Source of the DNA: Amoebidium appalachense
Taxonomy: Eukaryota; Protista; Ichthyosporea
NCBI GenBank assembly: GCA_963693365.1
Contig: CAVNZM010000004.1
Location: 2,440,389-2,504,388, forward strand
DNA: 64,000 bases
Reading direction: 5' to 3'
Shown here: positions 14,257-25,602 of the stretch, piece by piece
Layout: every line of letters starts with the position of its first letter
Position numbering within the stretch: position 1 is the stretch's first letter
Program-made: the position numbers and the translations under genes
The notes under the pieces: model-generated
Databases searched by the model: none
What the model saw: only the letters and a program-made list of their open reading frames with translations
What the model was told of the DNA's origin: nothing

Positions 14257-15126
14257 AAAAAAAACTCTCTTTGTGTGTGTGTTTGGTGTGTGGATGTGTA
14301 GCATATCCTGCGGACACATTTATGTCTGTAAAAACAAGCAACATGTACCCAAATTGCTGACCATAACCAAAAAAATTATCTAATGGATTGACTGATGGAA
14401 AGGAGATTGGATATGTCTACAATAACGGGAAACGCAGAAAACCGTACATTTTCTCGCCAATCGAGAAGTCGTCCTGGAACAAAAAAATCCACCTCCACAG
14501 GAACATTGCTGGCGGTGACTGACCAGGCCAGGCCTCCCACCACCTTGTCAAACTTGGTGAGGGTGGTGATGCGCACACGATGGTAACCGGCAGCAAGGAA
14601 AAGGGAGATGATGGCATCATACTTCTCTTTTTGCTCCGGATCATCTGAACGTAAACATGTGAGCCACAGGGCGAAGCTAGTGGAGGATCTTGGGAAGCAC
14701 AAGACAGGTCGTAGTGATCAGAAGAACCACTAAGATCTGATAGAGACTTCTACCATCTTTCTCCCGTTCATCCCAATCATTTGCATGTTTTTTAGTTCGT
14801 CAAGAGCGATGTGCCATATTCCTCCGTGAATGAATACCTATTAAATTGTACTACTGCTCCTGCATGCGCATACCCCTTACGTGTATTTGCTCTGTTCTGT
14901 GTGAGCTCATAATCTCAACGTGTGGTAAGAAGCACTGGAGGATGGTAGTGCTAGCAATAAAGTGCGGTTGATTAAATATGCTAAAAACGTGCCCAGGCAG
15001 ATAACGCAAAGGAAAGCCCACACTTACCTCTAACGTCAACAGCTATTTCATTGCCTTGAGCATCCTGGCCACAGCATGTAGTGCACGCTTGGCCAGCTGC
15101 TTCTGCACATCGGCAAAGACAGACAT
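3693..15126 (-). CDS. CCDC93: Coiled-coil domain-containing protein 93 (CCC/Commander complex subunit), about 15 exons
   Basis: Phase-consistent GT-AG exons (approx.): 15126-15028 (MSVFADVQ...[14 protein letters not shown]), 14644-14445 ([41 protein letters not shown]), 13869-13742 ([14 protein letters not shown]...PVVQWLVKK), 12784-12673, 12029-11873 (YKPRRLYR...AVLLEYG), 11332-11204, 10550-10446, 9884-9837, 9219-9149, 8645-8504, 8184-8051, 7455-7251 ([18 protein letters not shown]), 6438-6373, 5799-5659, 4632-4519, 3752-3693 (EYTKNEVL...stop). These are recognised CCDC93 motifs. Two 1-nt frameshifts (~15068, ~14484) must be corrected. Confidence 0.93.
8655..9110. repeat. Degenerate purine-rich minisatellite in a CCDC93 intron
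   Basis: ~100 bp units containing GATAATACAGTCAGGAAA and ATATGGTCGTG, decaying into ~30 bp TAGATATGTGG...GAAAGAGGGATAGATGG units. Confidence 0.75.
11633..11804 (+). repeat. Dispersed ~170 bp repeat, copy 1
   Basis: Shares AAGTACGAA...ATGCAGAGTGCAAACCA...GAGTATGCATAATAAGCAGAGCCCATCC...GTCATCCGCAGTACCCGA with copies at 21.2, 35.5 and 62.0 kb. Confidence 0.9.
12044..12186. repeat. ~42 bp tandem repeat x3
   Basis: ATGTTACTTGGGT...CATGCATACACA repeated three times. Confidence 0.85.
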
Positions 15127-16395
15127 GCTGCCTTGGTTGATTATTTATGCCAAAAAAGTGGTTTGAGTCTTGGGCCTGAGAGCCATTAGTCATATAATAT
15201 GGGCAATCACTCAGATCTTGAACTGCAACCTACGGATCTGCAAGTGCATTACGAATTGCTTGTTCTGTGATCGTGTTCGTGGCGCCCACCCAAGGTTGTG
15301 GGGAAGAAGGGGGAAAAAAAATCTGCAGTGCCCTTATCGCCTACCACAGCTCTAATCTAAGCAAGCAAGCAGCTGCCTCTCTGTGTGCCTGCAGCTGTAG
15401 ATATGGACATCTTGTTCGTTACGTTGCCCAACCAGGCGGGCAGAAGGAGGGGAGCAAAAAAAAGTAAAGAAAAGAAGTGCCCTTGTGGCCCTCACAACTA
15501 GTGTCGAAACAAGTAAACAGCTGTCTCTCTATGTGCCTATAGGTATAAACAGTCTTCAGTTCAAAGGCGTTGCCATTGATTGAGATTTTTTGCGGCGAGA
15601 AATTCACTGTTCTTCAGTTTGACTCTGGCGGTGAGCCCACCGCCCTCTGAACACTGTCCGGGGCCGTGGGTGAGCCGCTTCAAAGTTTTCTTTCAATTGA
15701 TTGTGCAACTCTCATTTGATTCGCTGAAAGATTTGCGTTAAAGTTGCGCAAGTTGAAGCTATGACGTAACGATCTAGCCGGTGCTTGATGCTGATTGGCT
15801 AGAGATAAAGATCTATCAGACTGCGACACGTGGGGCGTCTGTGCTGTCGCAGTCCCACATGCCAGCAACCACCCATAAAATGGGTGCCCGTTCGCTCGGT
15901 ACTCCTCTTTTTTCCGGTTCCGTCGGACCTTAATCTGATTAAAGGCAAGTACCACAATGCATGAACGATGTTTCTTTACAGGCAGACTCAGCAATGCGGT
16001 AGCAACGGAGGGGAGAGAACAAACGGCGCGCCGAACAAAACGCAAATTTTGGGAGCGAAATTCGAAAACATCACACCTTAGGGTCACAGGATGCACAGTA
16101 GAAGTACACAACAGTTTTCCGAGAGGGGAAAGGGTACCTGTATGTCGGAACTTATTTTTCACTATTAGATATCAGGCGAGCGGCGAATAAATACAAAGCA
16201 GGGTGTGCTCGGAATACTCATTCCTTCACGGTAATTTTTTCGTGCTTGGCTGTACACAATCACATAACTAGTACTTTGGGTAGCAGCCTCGATACATATA
16301 TACTTGCCGCTCTGCTTGACCACCCATGGCTCTAGAGCGTATGTATATGCTTCCATTGGCCACCTTCGAGTTTCGGGTCCCAAGATCCTTGCACT

Positions 16396-16403
16396 TATAA
16401 ATA
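16396..16403 (+). promoter_or_regulatory. TATA box of RPLP2
   Basis: TATAAATA ~55 nt upstream of the ATG, followed by a pyrimidine-rich TTCCTTACCTCTC stretch. Confidence 0.6.
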
Positions 16404-16450
16404 CAGCAGTTCCTTACCTCTCGTTTCGCTGCAGAGCCCTATCCGTCACC

Positions 16451-16944
16451 ATGGTTCGCTACGTCGCCGCCTACCTGCTCTCTGCCCTTGCTGGCAAGCA
16501 CGAGCCCTCTGCTGCCGACATCAAGGCCATCCTTGAGTCCGTCGGTGTCTCCTGCGAGGATGACAAGGTGGAGAAGGTCATCTCTGAGCTCCACGTAAGT
16601 ACCGTGGGTTGCCTTGAAGGTGTTGGTGTTTCTTGGGGGTTTGCAAGTAGCGCTTACTTTTAGTGCTATTGACAACCTGTTGTGTAGGTGGAGTTGTTGT
16701 CTTGTTGGCCTGTTAGTAACATACCTTGGTTGTGCAGGGCAAGAAGCTCGAGCAGGTGATTGCCGAGGGCCACGCTAAGCTCGCCAGCGTGCCCAGCGGT
16801 GGTGCCGCTGTTGCTGCTGGCCCCGCTGCCGCTGCCCCCGCAGCTGCCGCCGCTGCCCCTGCCAAGGAGGAGAAGAAGAAGGAAGAGAAGAAGAAGGAGG
16901 AGAGCGAGGAGGATGCGGATATGGGCTTCGGTCTCTTCGATTAG
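16451..16944 (+). CDS. RPLP2: 60S acidic ribosomal protein P2 (2 exons: 16451-16594, 16738-16944; 116 aa)
   Basis: [15 protein letters not shown]...KVISELH|[11 protein letters not shown]...[15 protein letters not shown]; GTAAGT...TGCAG intron; strong GC3 bias. Confidence 0.98.
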
Positions 16945-17580
16945 AGTAATAAATCAGGGAACCTGGAAGCACGGCCGGATTGATTCCTTGGCCGAACACC
17001 AAACACTTGTCCCAAGGTGAGCGTGTCTACAGGCGTATAACACCGTATGTTTCTTCAGCACGGGTGCGGACCCCTGCTGCACACTCAGTTTTCTTTACGT
17101 GTCGATGGCTGGACCAGGACTTCTTGTATGTAGATAAATGGCTGCCTCTTCTGACTGTTACTGTGTGCTGTGCAAAAGATTCCTACAAGTCTGCAGTGTT
17201 ACACTCAATCACGCATTCTTTCGAAACCTCTTGGCTCGATGGCCGGGCTGCTTTTCCCCAGCATTTTTTGCTACTTGCATCTGCACACTTGCTTTCCTTT
17301 TTTGGAAGTTACAATTCATCAACATACAAGGCCTTGCATCCCTGTGAACGATAGCATATCTTGTCTGCCATCTAATCAGCTCGATCAAATGCACATGCTA
17401 GATAGACCTCTTGAACGGGCATTGTACCTGCCCACCTCTTTGTACCGTTGCGCACAAGCACCCCAACCAACCGTCAGCTTTCGCATGAGAGTCCTATTGC
17501 TTGACCACGGGATGTCGTCGAGGCCAGACACACACAGGCTGAACTGAGTGGAAGGCAAACAGGTGACCATGTGCAGAGCA

Positions 17581-17611
<31 letters not shown>

Positions 17612-18116
17612 GAGGGTGTGTTTGTGTGTGCCCCCCGGGGGGGGGTGGTCTCTACTGGATCAGTGGGTATGTTCAATATTGAATAATGGATTTAGATTGG
17701 CACACTACGTGCGCGCGTGCACACACACTGTCATTGAGTGTCCAGAAAAGGGAAAAGTCCAAATTCGGGACTCAGTTCAGGATATCAGTTCATATTATCC
17801 TGGGCAGAGTGTATCCTTTGAGGCCATACGGTTGAGGCATACACGCACATACCTCCTTGAGAGATCAAAAAAGGGACCGTTTAATTTTTTTACTGTGCAC
17901 TTCATTCACGAACACCTACATTGGCCATGGTCTACCAATGCACGAATGCATACAATGCATCCACTATACAAACATGCGCTCATACACAAAATTATACGCA
18001 AAATCTTTATTTGATCTTTCTTTGGGTAAGGGTTTCGTCACTGCAATTGCACACCAGAATGTTTGGAGCGGTATCTATGAACTGTGCACGTATATTGCAG
18101 AGTCGATCCACGCACA

Positions 18117-19056
18117 CTAGGCACTCTTTTCCCGCCCCATTTTTTGCCTGAGGTCAGCCAAGACCCTATCCACTGCATCCATCTGGTGGCCGTCACCCAC
18201 TGCCTGTGCTGCTGCCCGGGCTGCCAGAAGACTTTGCTCCGCCCCCTCCAGATCACACCCTAGATGGAACTGCGTGGAGGGGGGGGGGGGGGGGGGTTTG
18301 GAATAGGGGGAAAAAATGCAACTAAAGTAGAAAGACGGTGGAGCACCAAAGCACAAGATCCAAAACGTCGCAAGAAGGATCTAGGAAACCCCGAAATCAA
18401 GCAAGGTAAAAATTGGACCAAACACCGGAAAGGGGGGGGGGGGGGATTCAATCTTTTTTGTGATAGGCTCTGGCAAGGTGAATAGGGTTTGTCGGTGGTG
18501 TAGAAAAATTAGTACGACTTGTAGTGACAAATGTAATGTGGAATAGTGGTGAATGCAAGATTTTGCGGTGTAGGCTCGCATATAGAGAGGTTTTGGCTGA
18601 TCAGGACGTTGTGCCTTTGCTGGATTAACAAAATGTGTCTATTTTGCACACACACTGCCTCTTTTGGGTGTTATTTTAGGGCAAGACTCCCCCCCCCCCC
18701 CCCCCTTGTACAGCGCATTCTCATGTGCTTTCCAAGTGTTATGCGTGCTATTCATGGAGTGTGCTCACGGCGTATGATAATCACGGTGTGCTTGAATGTT
18801 TGCGATAAGGGGTGTTAGATACCTGCAAGCAGCCTTGATTGTAGAGGGCTGAAGGGAGAAGCTCTGCATGGCGGCCACCTGCACAAGCACACCCCATCAA
18901 TAGTGGACTCCTTAAGGCCATCAGCGATTACCATGTTCATACTTTTTTAGTCGTTTTATAGAATCCTTTCCTTTGCGCGCCACCGCCCAAATATGATGGT
19001 GTGGGTCAAAGCAACAAATATATGCAAGTAGTCTTGCCCACATTACTACCACGAGA

Positions 19057-19096
<40 letters not shown>

Positions 19097-19272
19097 ACCT
19101 CCCCCCCCCCCCAAACACACACACACACACACACCTTTTCCTTATCTCAATATTTGTGGAAAGCGTGTGCAGATGCTATGGTCTGCAAGCAACCCCCCTC
19201 CCGCCCCCGCCGGCCCCCGGTATACGCATGTGGAAGAGGACATGGTTTGTGGGTTGAGGGTGTAGAATGTGC

Positions 19273-19305
<33 letters not shown>

Positions 19306-19355
19306 CGCGCGTGTCTGTGTGTGTGTGTGTGTGTCGGAGGTGCAGGTGGGGGGAA

Positions 19356-19389
<34 letters not shown>

Positions 19390-20384
19390 CGAGAGCATAC
19401 CGTCACACATCGCAACTGCAATCTTGACGAATGACAAGCCCTCCTGCAACCACATTCAACTGTCACCCAGTGTACATGTACGTACACGGGTGATCCCTAC
19501 CCGTGCTATTCACCTGACCAGGAAAAGGCAAATGAATTTGAACAGCTCTATTCACACACATGTACACGATGGCATTTTTGAAAATTACAAGTCGATGGAA
19601 CTTGACCCCCGTGAAATTTGCGCGCAACGGTGTTACATGTTTAAAGTGTTACGTGTCTACTACAGTGCAGCAACTATTCATGAATAACACTTGTAACTTC
19701 GTTTCGGGTGTAAACTTCACCGTGAATGCAAGATGTGAAAGTGACTCGCCACCTAAGATCCCCTGGGAAGGCTTCTGTTACATGTACGGCTCATGGAACC
19801 AGTGTTCTGTTCACAAGCATGTGCATGTGCGGGTATTAACGCTTTTAGAAGTAAGTCTCTAATGTAATTGATGAGCTATATGTCTTGGGGCATAGTATGG
19901 TGTGCTCATACCTCGTACTTTTGTGCATGGTCACACAGCACGGCCATTGCGTTGAGCATGTGTGCATACTTGCCCTCTGCCTGCGCTAGCTGCGCGCCGC
20001 TGGATCGCTTCACCTGCTGCTGTGCCCTCTGCAACACTGCACATCAGCCAGCATCAGTATGGGGTTAGATTCATTTTTTTTTTTTTTTTTTTTTTTTTTT
20101 TGCCTTTTACTGCCCACAAGCGTACAAACCAAGATACGAACACACACACACACACACACACACACACCCACACCCACACCCACCCACACACACACATACC
20201 CCCCTCACCCCGTCCATGCACACCCAGGCCATCCCCCCCCCCCCCCCCCCCCCCCCCCCGAAACCATGTCTCCCCCCCCCCCCCCCGCCCCACCTTCCCT
20301 CCCCCCACCCCCAACGCACACACATAGGCACACACAACTGCTCCCCCCCCCCCCCCCCCTCCCCCCCTCGGAAACCATGTCTCC

Positions 20385-20415
<31 letters not shown>

Positions 20416-20555
20416 ACACCTTCCCTCCCCCCACCCCCAACGCACACACATAGGCACACACAACTGCTCCCCCCCCCCCCCCCCCCCCCCCCCCCCCATT
20501 ATAATCACGGTCTCAGCACATTGCAGCACTTTGAGATGGACTGACATGCCCCCCC

Positions 20556-20599
<44 letters not shown>

Positions 20600-21689
20600 C
20601 CCTCCCCTCCCATACACACACACACACACACAAACCTGCACGGTATGCATCCACTGCCTGCTGGCCCTTGCCCATTCGAGCCAAAAGCTTTGCCTGCCTG
20701 TCGAGGCACAAATCCACGAGGTCACCTTCATCCTCGGCATCGGGTACTGGAGACACATTTTCTCCTTGAACGAAGCATTAAGTCAGTGTTGTGCTATTGA
20801 GATGGTAAGGAATGTGCGATAAAAGAAAATAGGTAGAGGGCAAGGGGGAGGGCCCGGGGGGGGGGGGGGGGGTCAATGTAGACGCGAGAAGTGTTGTGGT
20901 GTAGAGCCAATAATGCATGGTTCTAGGAAGGATAAAGTGTAAAACGTTTGCATTGGCACGTTGCTCCACTCAAAATTCCCTTTCCAACCCCCCCCCCCCC
21001 CCCCCCCCCCCCCTCCGCACACAAGACTGTAACCCCGCATGCAAAACCCCACACACAAAACAGATTCAAGAATTGGTGACCCACTACTCGATCTTTTGCT
21101 TCCCCTTCGTTCTACGATTTTTACCTTAACCATGAACACACCTGATATGCCTATTACGTTCGCCCCTCCTGTAATTCCAAGCAGACCGTCCGGGGGGAAG
21201 GGGGGGGGGGGGGGGGGGGGGGGGGCTTGGTGAGCATGCATTATGGACTACGAAGTACACGTTGATAACGGACAACATAATGCAGGGTGCAAACTACACA
21301 GAGAATGCATGCAAAGTAAGCAGAGCCCATCCTCAGATGGGGATCAACTCCAAGTCATCCACTGGGAGGGGAGAGGGGGGGGGGGGGGGGGGGGGGGGGG
21401 GGTACCTCCAAGCTTGGCTGCCTCTCGTGCTCTTTCCAAACACCACTCGTAGCCTACAGATGCTTTCTGTGCACAAATATGGGATCAGGAAAGAAGGTTT
21501 GTGTTGATACTTCAAGGGAAAACAAGCATAAGGGACACCGTGTGCCACGCCAAGATAGGTGGATTTGAAAACCGTGCATGAGCTGAAACATAATGAAATG
21601 CGCATAGAAATTGATGGTGGTGGTGGTGGTGTTTTTTTTTTTTACTTTTTAATTTAATTTTTTTTTTCCCCCAAACGGTTTTTTTTTTT

Positions 21690-21738
<49 letters not shown>

Positions 21739-22274
21739 ATACCTCCAAATCACCTCTGTCCATATAAACATCTGCCAGGGAGAGAGAGGTGGAGATAACC
21801 CCCACATTGGTCTGGGGGTAGCCCAGACTGAGCAGCACCTGAAGGCCCCGCTTGTAGTTGGTCTCGGCATCGCCAAACCGCCCAATATCGTGGTAGAATC
21901 TGTGCGGATACAGGTCAGCAACATGCAATGTTCCCTTTGACAAACTTCTTTGTGCGTTTAGAGCTACGATCCTCTCGTTCACTATCTACCAATCGGCGGG
22001 GTTTGCGCAATGTGTACGTAAGATATCACTGCAAGTGTATTGCACGGACATAATATTAGGCTCGTACGTCATTCCCTGGCGAAGCAAATTCATAGTCTGA
22101 TGTTCACGTTGCGCAAAGACAAAACTTTCATCGACCAGTGAAGCTCTTCAACAGAAGGATTGTAGTATTCCCGTCCCGTAACCCATTCCCACCACTCCCT
22201 TAACCCTTATCTTTGGGGTTTGGGCGGGGTTTTTATCTTTGATTTTATTTTGTTTTGTTTCTTTTTTTTTTTGT

Positions 22275-22327
<53 letters not shown>

Positions 22328-22611
22328 CTTCTACCCGCCTCCCCCATCGTTCTATTCTTTCTTTTGCACCATGATGAATTCACAAAAACCCATCACATGT
22401 CCTCCCCTGTGTGTAATAGCCACGATCCGTCGATGTCTCCTTCCGGTGCAAGTGTGTGCTGGGGTTACAAGTGCAAAAAAACACCTAGTGGAAATGCAAA
22501 ATTGTCGGAGGAAACGAGGAGATCAAGTGACATAGACGGTACCACGGCTCGTGTCGGGTTGGCCTGTGTGTTTGACAGAGGTGCATGTGTGCATGTGTGC
22601 ATGTGTGCATG

Positions 22612-22644
<33 letters not shown>

Positions 22645-23234
22645 GCGCGCGCGCGCGTGTGTGTGTGCATGTGTGTGCGCACGTGTGTGCGTGCGTGTGC
22701 GCTGCCTAATCTAAGCAGTCATGCATCCACAGACCTTCCACAAGAACCACTGACGGGCACTATTTTGCACTACTGCAAAAAGAGCATAGAATGAGTCGAT
22801 GGCGTCCGGAAAGGAGGGGGGGGGGGGGGGGGGGGGGGGGGTTAGGGGCAGCACGACCTAGCCAGCTTCTCGAGCACAAAGAGCATGTTGAGAGACTTCT
22901 GGCCAAATCGTCTCTCCGTGTCCTCTGCTGCTGCAACAAGTTGCCTCTCTGCCTCCTTCACATCTCCCTCTTTCATGGCTTTCTGTAGTTTCCATAAATG
23001 GTCAAATACATCTCTCTCTCACCTTACACAAATCCTTATAAACGACTCAGTGAATGGAAAATGCTAGCCCCCCCCCCCTCCCCCCCCCCCTCTGCACACA
23101 ACACCCCCCCCCCCCCCCCCACACACACACACCACCCTCCATTCCCACTGCCATATCTAGCCTCCAACCACTACTCACCAACTCCGCTAGGCAAAATCCA
23201 CATCTTCCTTCCCCTCGACCTTCTATCCATCCCC

Positions 23235-23291
<57 letters not shown>

Positions 23292-24795
23292 CACACACAT
23301 GCACACACACATAGGCAGTGGCACCACTACAAATTTAAACCAAAAGAAGAAAAATCAGAAAGCAAGCAACGGGGCGAAGGAGAAAGTAGAGAAAGCCAAA
23401 AAAACCCCCCTCCGTGCCTTATCCGATACAACGGGGCGAAGGAGAAAGTAGAGAAAGCCAAAAAAAAACCCCTCCGTGCCTTATCCGATAACAAGGCCGC
23501 TTACCTCTGCTCTAAGGATGGACCCTCTTGCAAACATTGACAACTGCGCCGTTTTTTTCCTCACCCACAACAGCCCCCCACCAAACACCGCCAGAGCAGC
23601 AACACACAGCACCAAAAGACGTGAACGTTTTTGCGATTGGCCGGCAAATGCTGAAAAAGAGTGTGATTCGTATGGCTGGTGTGGGCCATGGGTAATGCGT
23701 TGACATGATGGATATGATGGGCGCTTGTGTTGCTGCCAAGGGTGTGCAGGGGTGCTTCTATAAGAGAATGGAAAAATCGTAAGAATATCATGTACAATTT
23801 TTGGTCAAAGTTGTTTCTCTTTATTTGGGAGTATGTCACAATGACACATTATCTAGGTTTGGGGGCCAAAGTAAGGCCCCAACAGTGGTGGAACCCTGGG
23901 CCCCAAAAGACCACGAGTCCTGGAGAGGCAAGACAAAGCTTTTTGTCCTTTTCCGATGAGAAGGGTAAGAGAAGGGGAGAACAAAAGCTCGCATATTCAA
24001 CTAGGCATCAAATGCTGGTGTTGGGAGTAGGGTACTGGGGGCCTGGGGCGGAAGAGCGGGTACTGGGGAGGGGGGGAGGGGGGGGGAGGGGGGGCGAGGG
24101 GGGGGGGGGGGGGGGGGAGGGGCGCGAGGGGGAGGAAGAGGGGGGGGGGGGGGGGGGGCAGGATGGATAGAAAACGGGGGGGGGGGGGGGGGGGGGGGGG
24201 GGACGGGGGGACGGGTTGGGAGGGACTGTGATACGGGTGACAGTAAGAGAGAGGAGGAAATGCACACTGCATTTCAAACAACTGCACGAACAACAGCAAA
24301 TTGATAGTGTGCAGGGGGGGGGGGGGGGGGGGGGGGGGGGGGTGTACAGGAGGTGCAGGAAACTGTTCTTTCTCTGCCTGTGTGTGTCCGCGTGTGTGTG
24401 TTGGATGCGCTCGCAAGTACACGGTTGTGTCTGTGTATGTTTATGTGCTTCCGGGTACACTTGTGTAGGTGCACGTGCATGTAGTATGGCTATAAAGAAA
24501 GTGGGGAGGAGGACGAAAATGAACATATATGTTTGTGAGGGGTTGGGGTTGGTGGGGGGGGGGGGGGGGGGGGGGGGAAGGGGGGAGGGGGAAGGGGGGA
24601 GGGGGGGGAAGGAGAGAGGGGGGGGGGGAGGGGGGGGGGGAGAGAGAGAGAGAAAGAGAGAGAGAGGGAGGGGGGGGGGGGGGGGAAGGGGAGGGAGACG
24701 AGAGAGAGAGGAGAGTCAAGGGGGGGGGGGGAGGGAGAGAGAGAGGGAGAGAGAGAGAACGCGCGCACGAGAGAGAGGGGGGGGAGGGGGGGGGG

Positions 24796-24829
<34 letters not shown>

Positions 24830-25268
24830 CGGGGGGTGGGGGTGGGGGGGAGGGGAGAGAAACAGGGAGAGAGAAAGGAGGGAGGGAGGGAGGGAAGGAG
24901 AGAGGGGGGGGAGAGGAAAGGGGGGGAGGGAGGGAGAAGAGCATAAGGAGACAGGGGAAGGGAGGGAGGGGGGGGAGGGAGGGGGGGAAGCCGGCGAGGG
25001 GTAGAGGCGTGGGAGGGAGGGAGCAAGGGAGGTTGCAAGAGTTTGTAATGTGATTGGAATGCAGGGTATTGCCAGATGCTAAGATCTGAAAAACACAAAC
25101 CCACCTGCAGCTAACTGTAGAGGCCGCCTGGTTCTTACTTGTCTGGCTGACTACACTATGGATCTGTTGCTTGCACAAATGTGACCTGATGTTGGACACG
25201 CGGGAAGGAAGCTGAAGGCGTGCAAACGCCAAGCACCGAGGACCTAGAAAATGACTCATTCCTTGCAT
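18117..25268 (-). CDS. TTC19: Mitochondrial tetratricopeptide repeat protein 19-like (complex III assembly/turnover factor), about 10 exons
   Basis: Exon 25268-25105 looks like an Arg/Ser-rich transit peptide and splices in phase to ~23757-23504 (hydrophobic LLVLCVAALAVFGGGLLW...SILRAE). Further exons: ~22985-22858 (AMKEGDVKEAERQL), ~21900-21743 (AETNYKRGLQVLLSLGYPQTNVGVISTSLSLADVY), ~21465-21405 (ASVGYEWCL), ~20750-20636, ~20036-19911, ~19444-19401, ~18878-18823, ~18260-18117. Motif order matches TTC19 as I recall it. Confidence 0.78.
20258..20497. repeat. ~120 bp intronic tandem duplication
   Basis: GAAACCATGTCTCCCC...CAACGCACACACATAGGCACACACAACTGCTCCCC twice. Confidence 0.85.
21232..21363 (+). 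repeat. Dispersed repeat, copy 2 (diverged, 3' truncated)
   Basis: TACGAAGTAC...GACAACATAATGCAGGGTGCAAAC...TAAGCAGAGCCCATCCTCAG...AAGTCATCCAC. Confidence 0.85.
23367..23490. repeat. ~62 bp near-perfect tandem duplication
   Basis: CAACGGGGCGAAGGAGAAAGTAGAGAAAGCCAAAAAAA...CCTCCGTGCCTTATCCGATA twice. Confidence 0.9.
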
Positions 25269-25571
25269 GTTGGCGTTACCTAGGGTCTGCTGTTGTGTCC
25301 TGAGTTTCCAAACCAGATGGAATCAAGCTGCACGCGTAGGTGTCACCAACCCCTTTGCGCTGCATGCACTGTAACTTTTTGCAAGCGACATCTGAAGACG
25401 GTCGAAGTTCAAGTGCCTGACAGCTGTGTGGATGACGTAATCATCGTATTTATTGGCTGTGAGCCTCCTGATGAAAAATAAACACAACAATTTAAACTTG
25501 CATTAGCCCCCATTGTCGGCCCGACTGATGACGCTGCCCGCTGGGCAAAAAAAAAAAAAAAAAAAAAAAAA

Positions 25572-25602
25572 TCCTCGAGCCGGATTCGAACCTGCGTCCG
25601 CC
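25572..25602 (-). other. tRNA-like 3' fragment (T-arm/B-box) followed by a poly-T run
   Basis: Minus strand GGCGGACGCAGGTTCGAATCCGGCTCGAGGA then ~25 T; no recognisable 5' half. Confidence 0.45.

Noticed and set aside
14754-14817. Apparent CCDC93 first exon with an in-frame TGA (MAHRS*RTKK...), suggesting readthrough or an altered code
   Set aside because: A better exon at 15126-15028 has a GTAAGT donor and CCDC93-like [14 protein letters not shown]; TGA ends another gene here (45831-45833) and Trp is TGG
15627-15644. GC hairpin GGCGGTGAGCCCACCGCC as a Helitron end or ncRNA
   Set aside because: No following CTRR terminus or other supporting structure
16775-17002. Antisense/overlapping ORFs on RPLP2, ZCCHC9 exon 1 and the 47.5 kb gene
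   Set aside because: Expected by-products of GC3-biased or low-complexity coding sequence
25572-25602. Complete tRNA gene
   Set aside because: No D-arm, A-box or 5' acceptor strand found, and the T-stem has a mismatch
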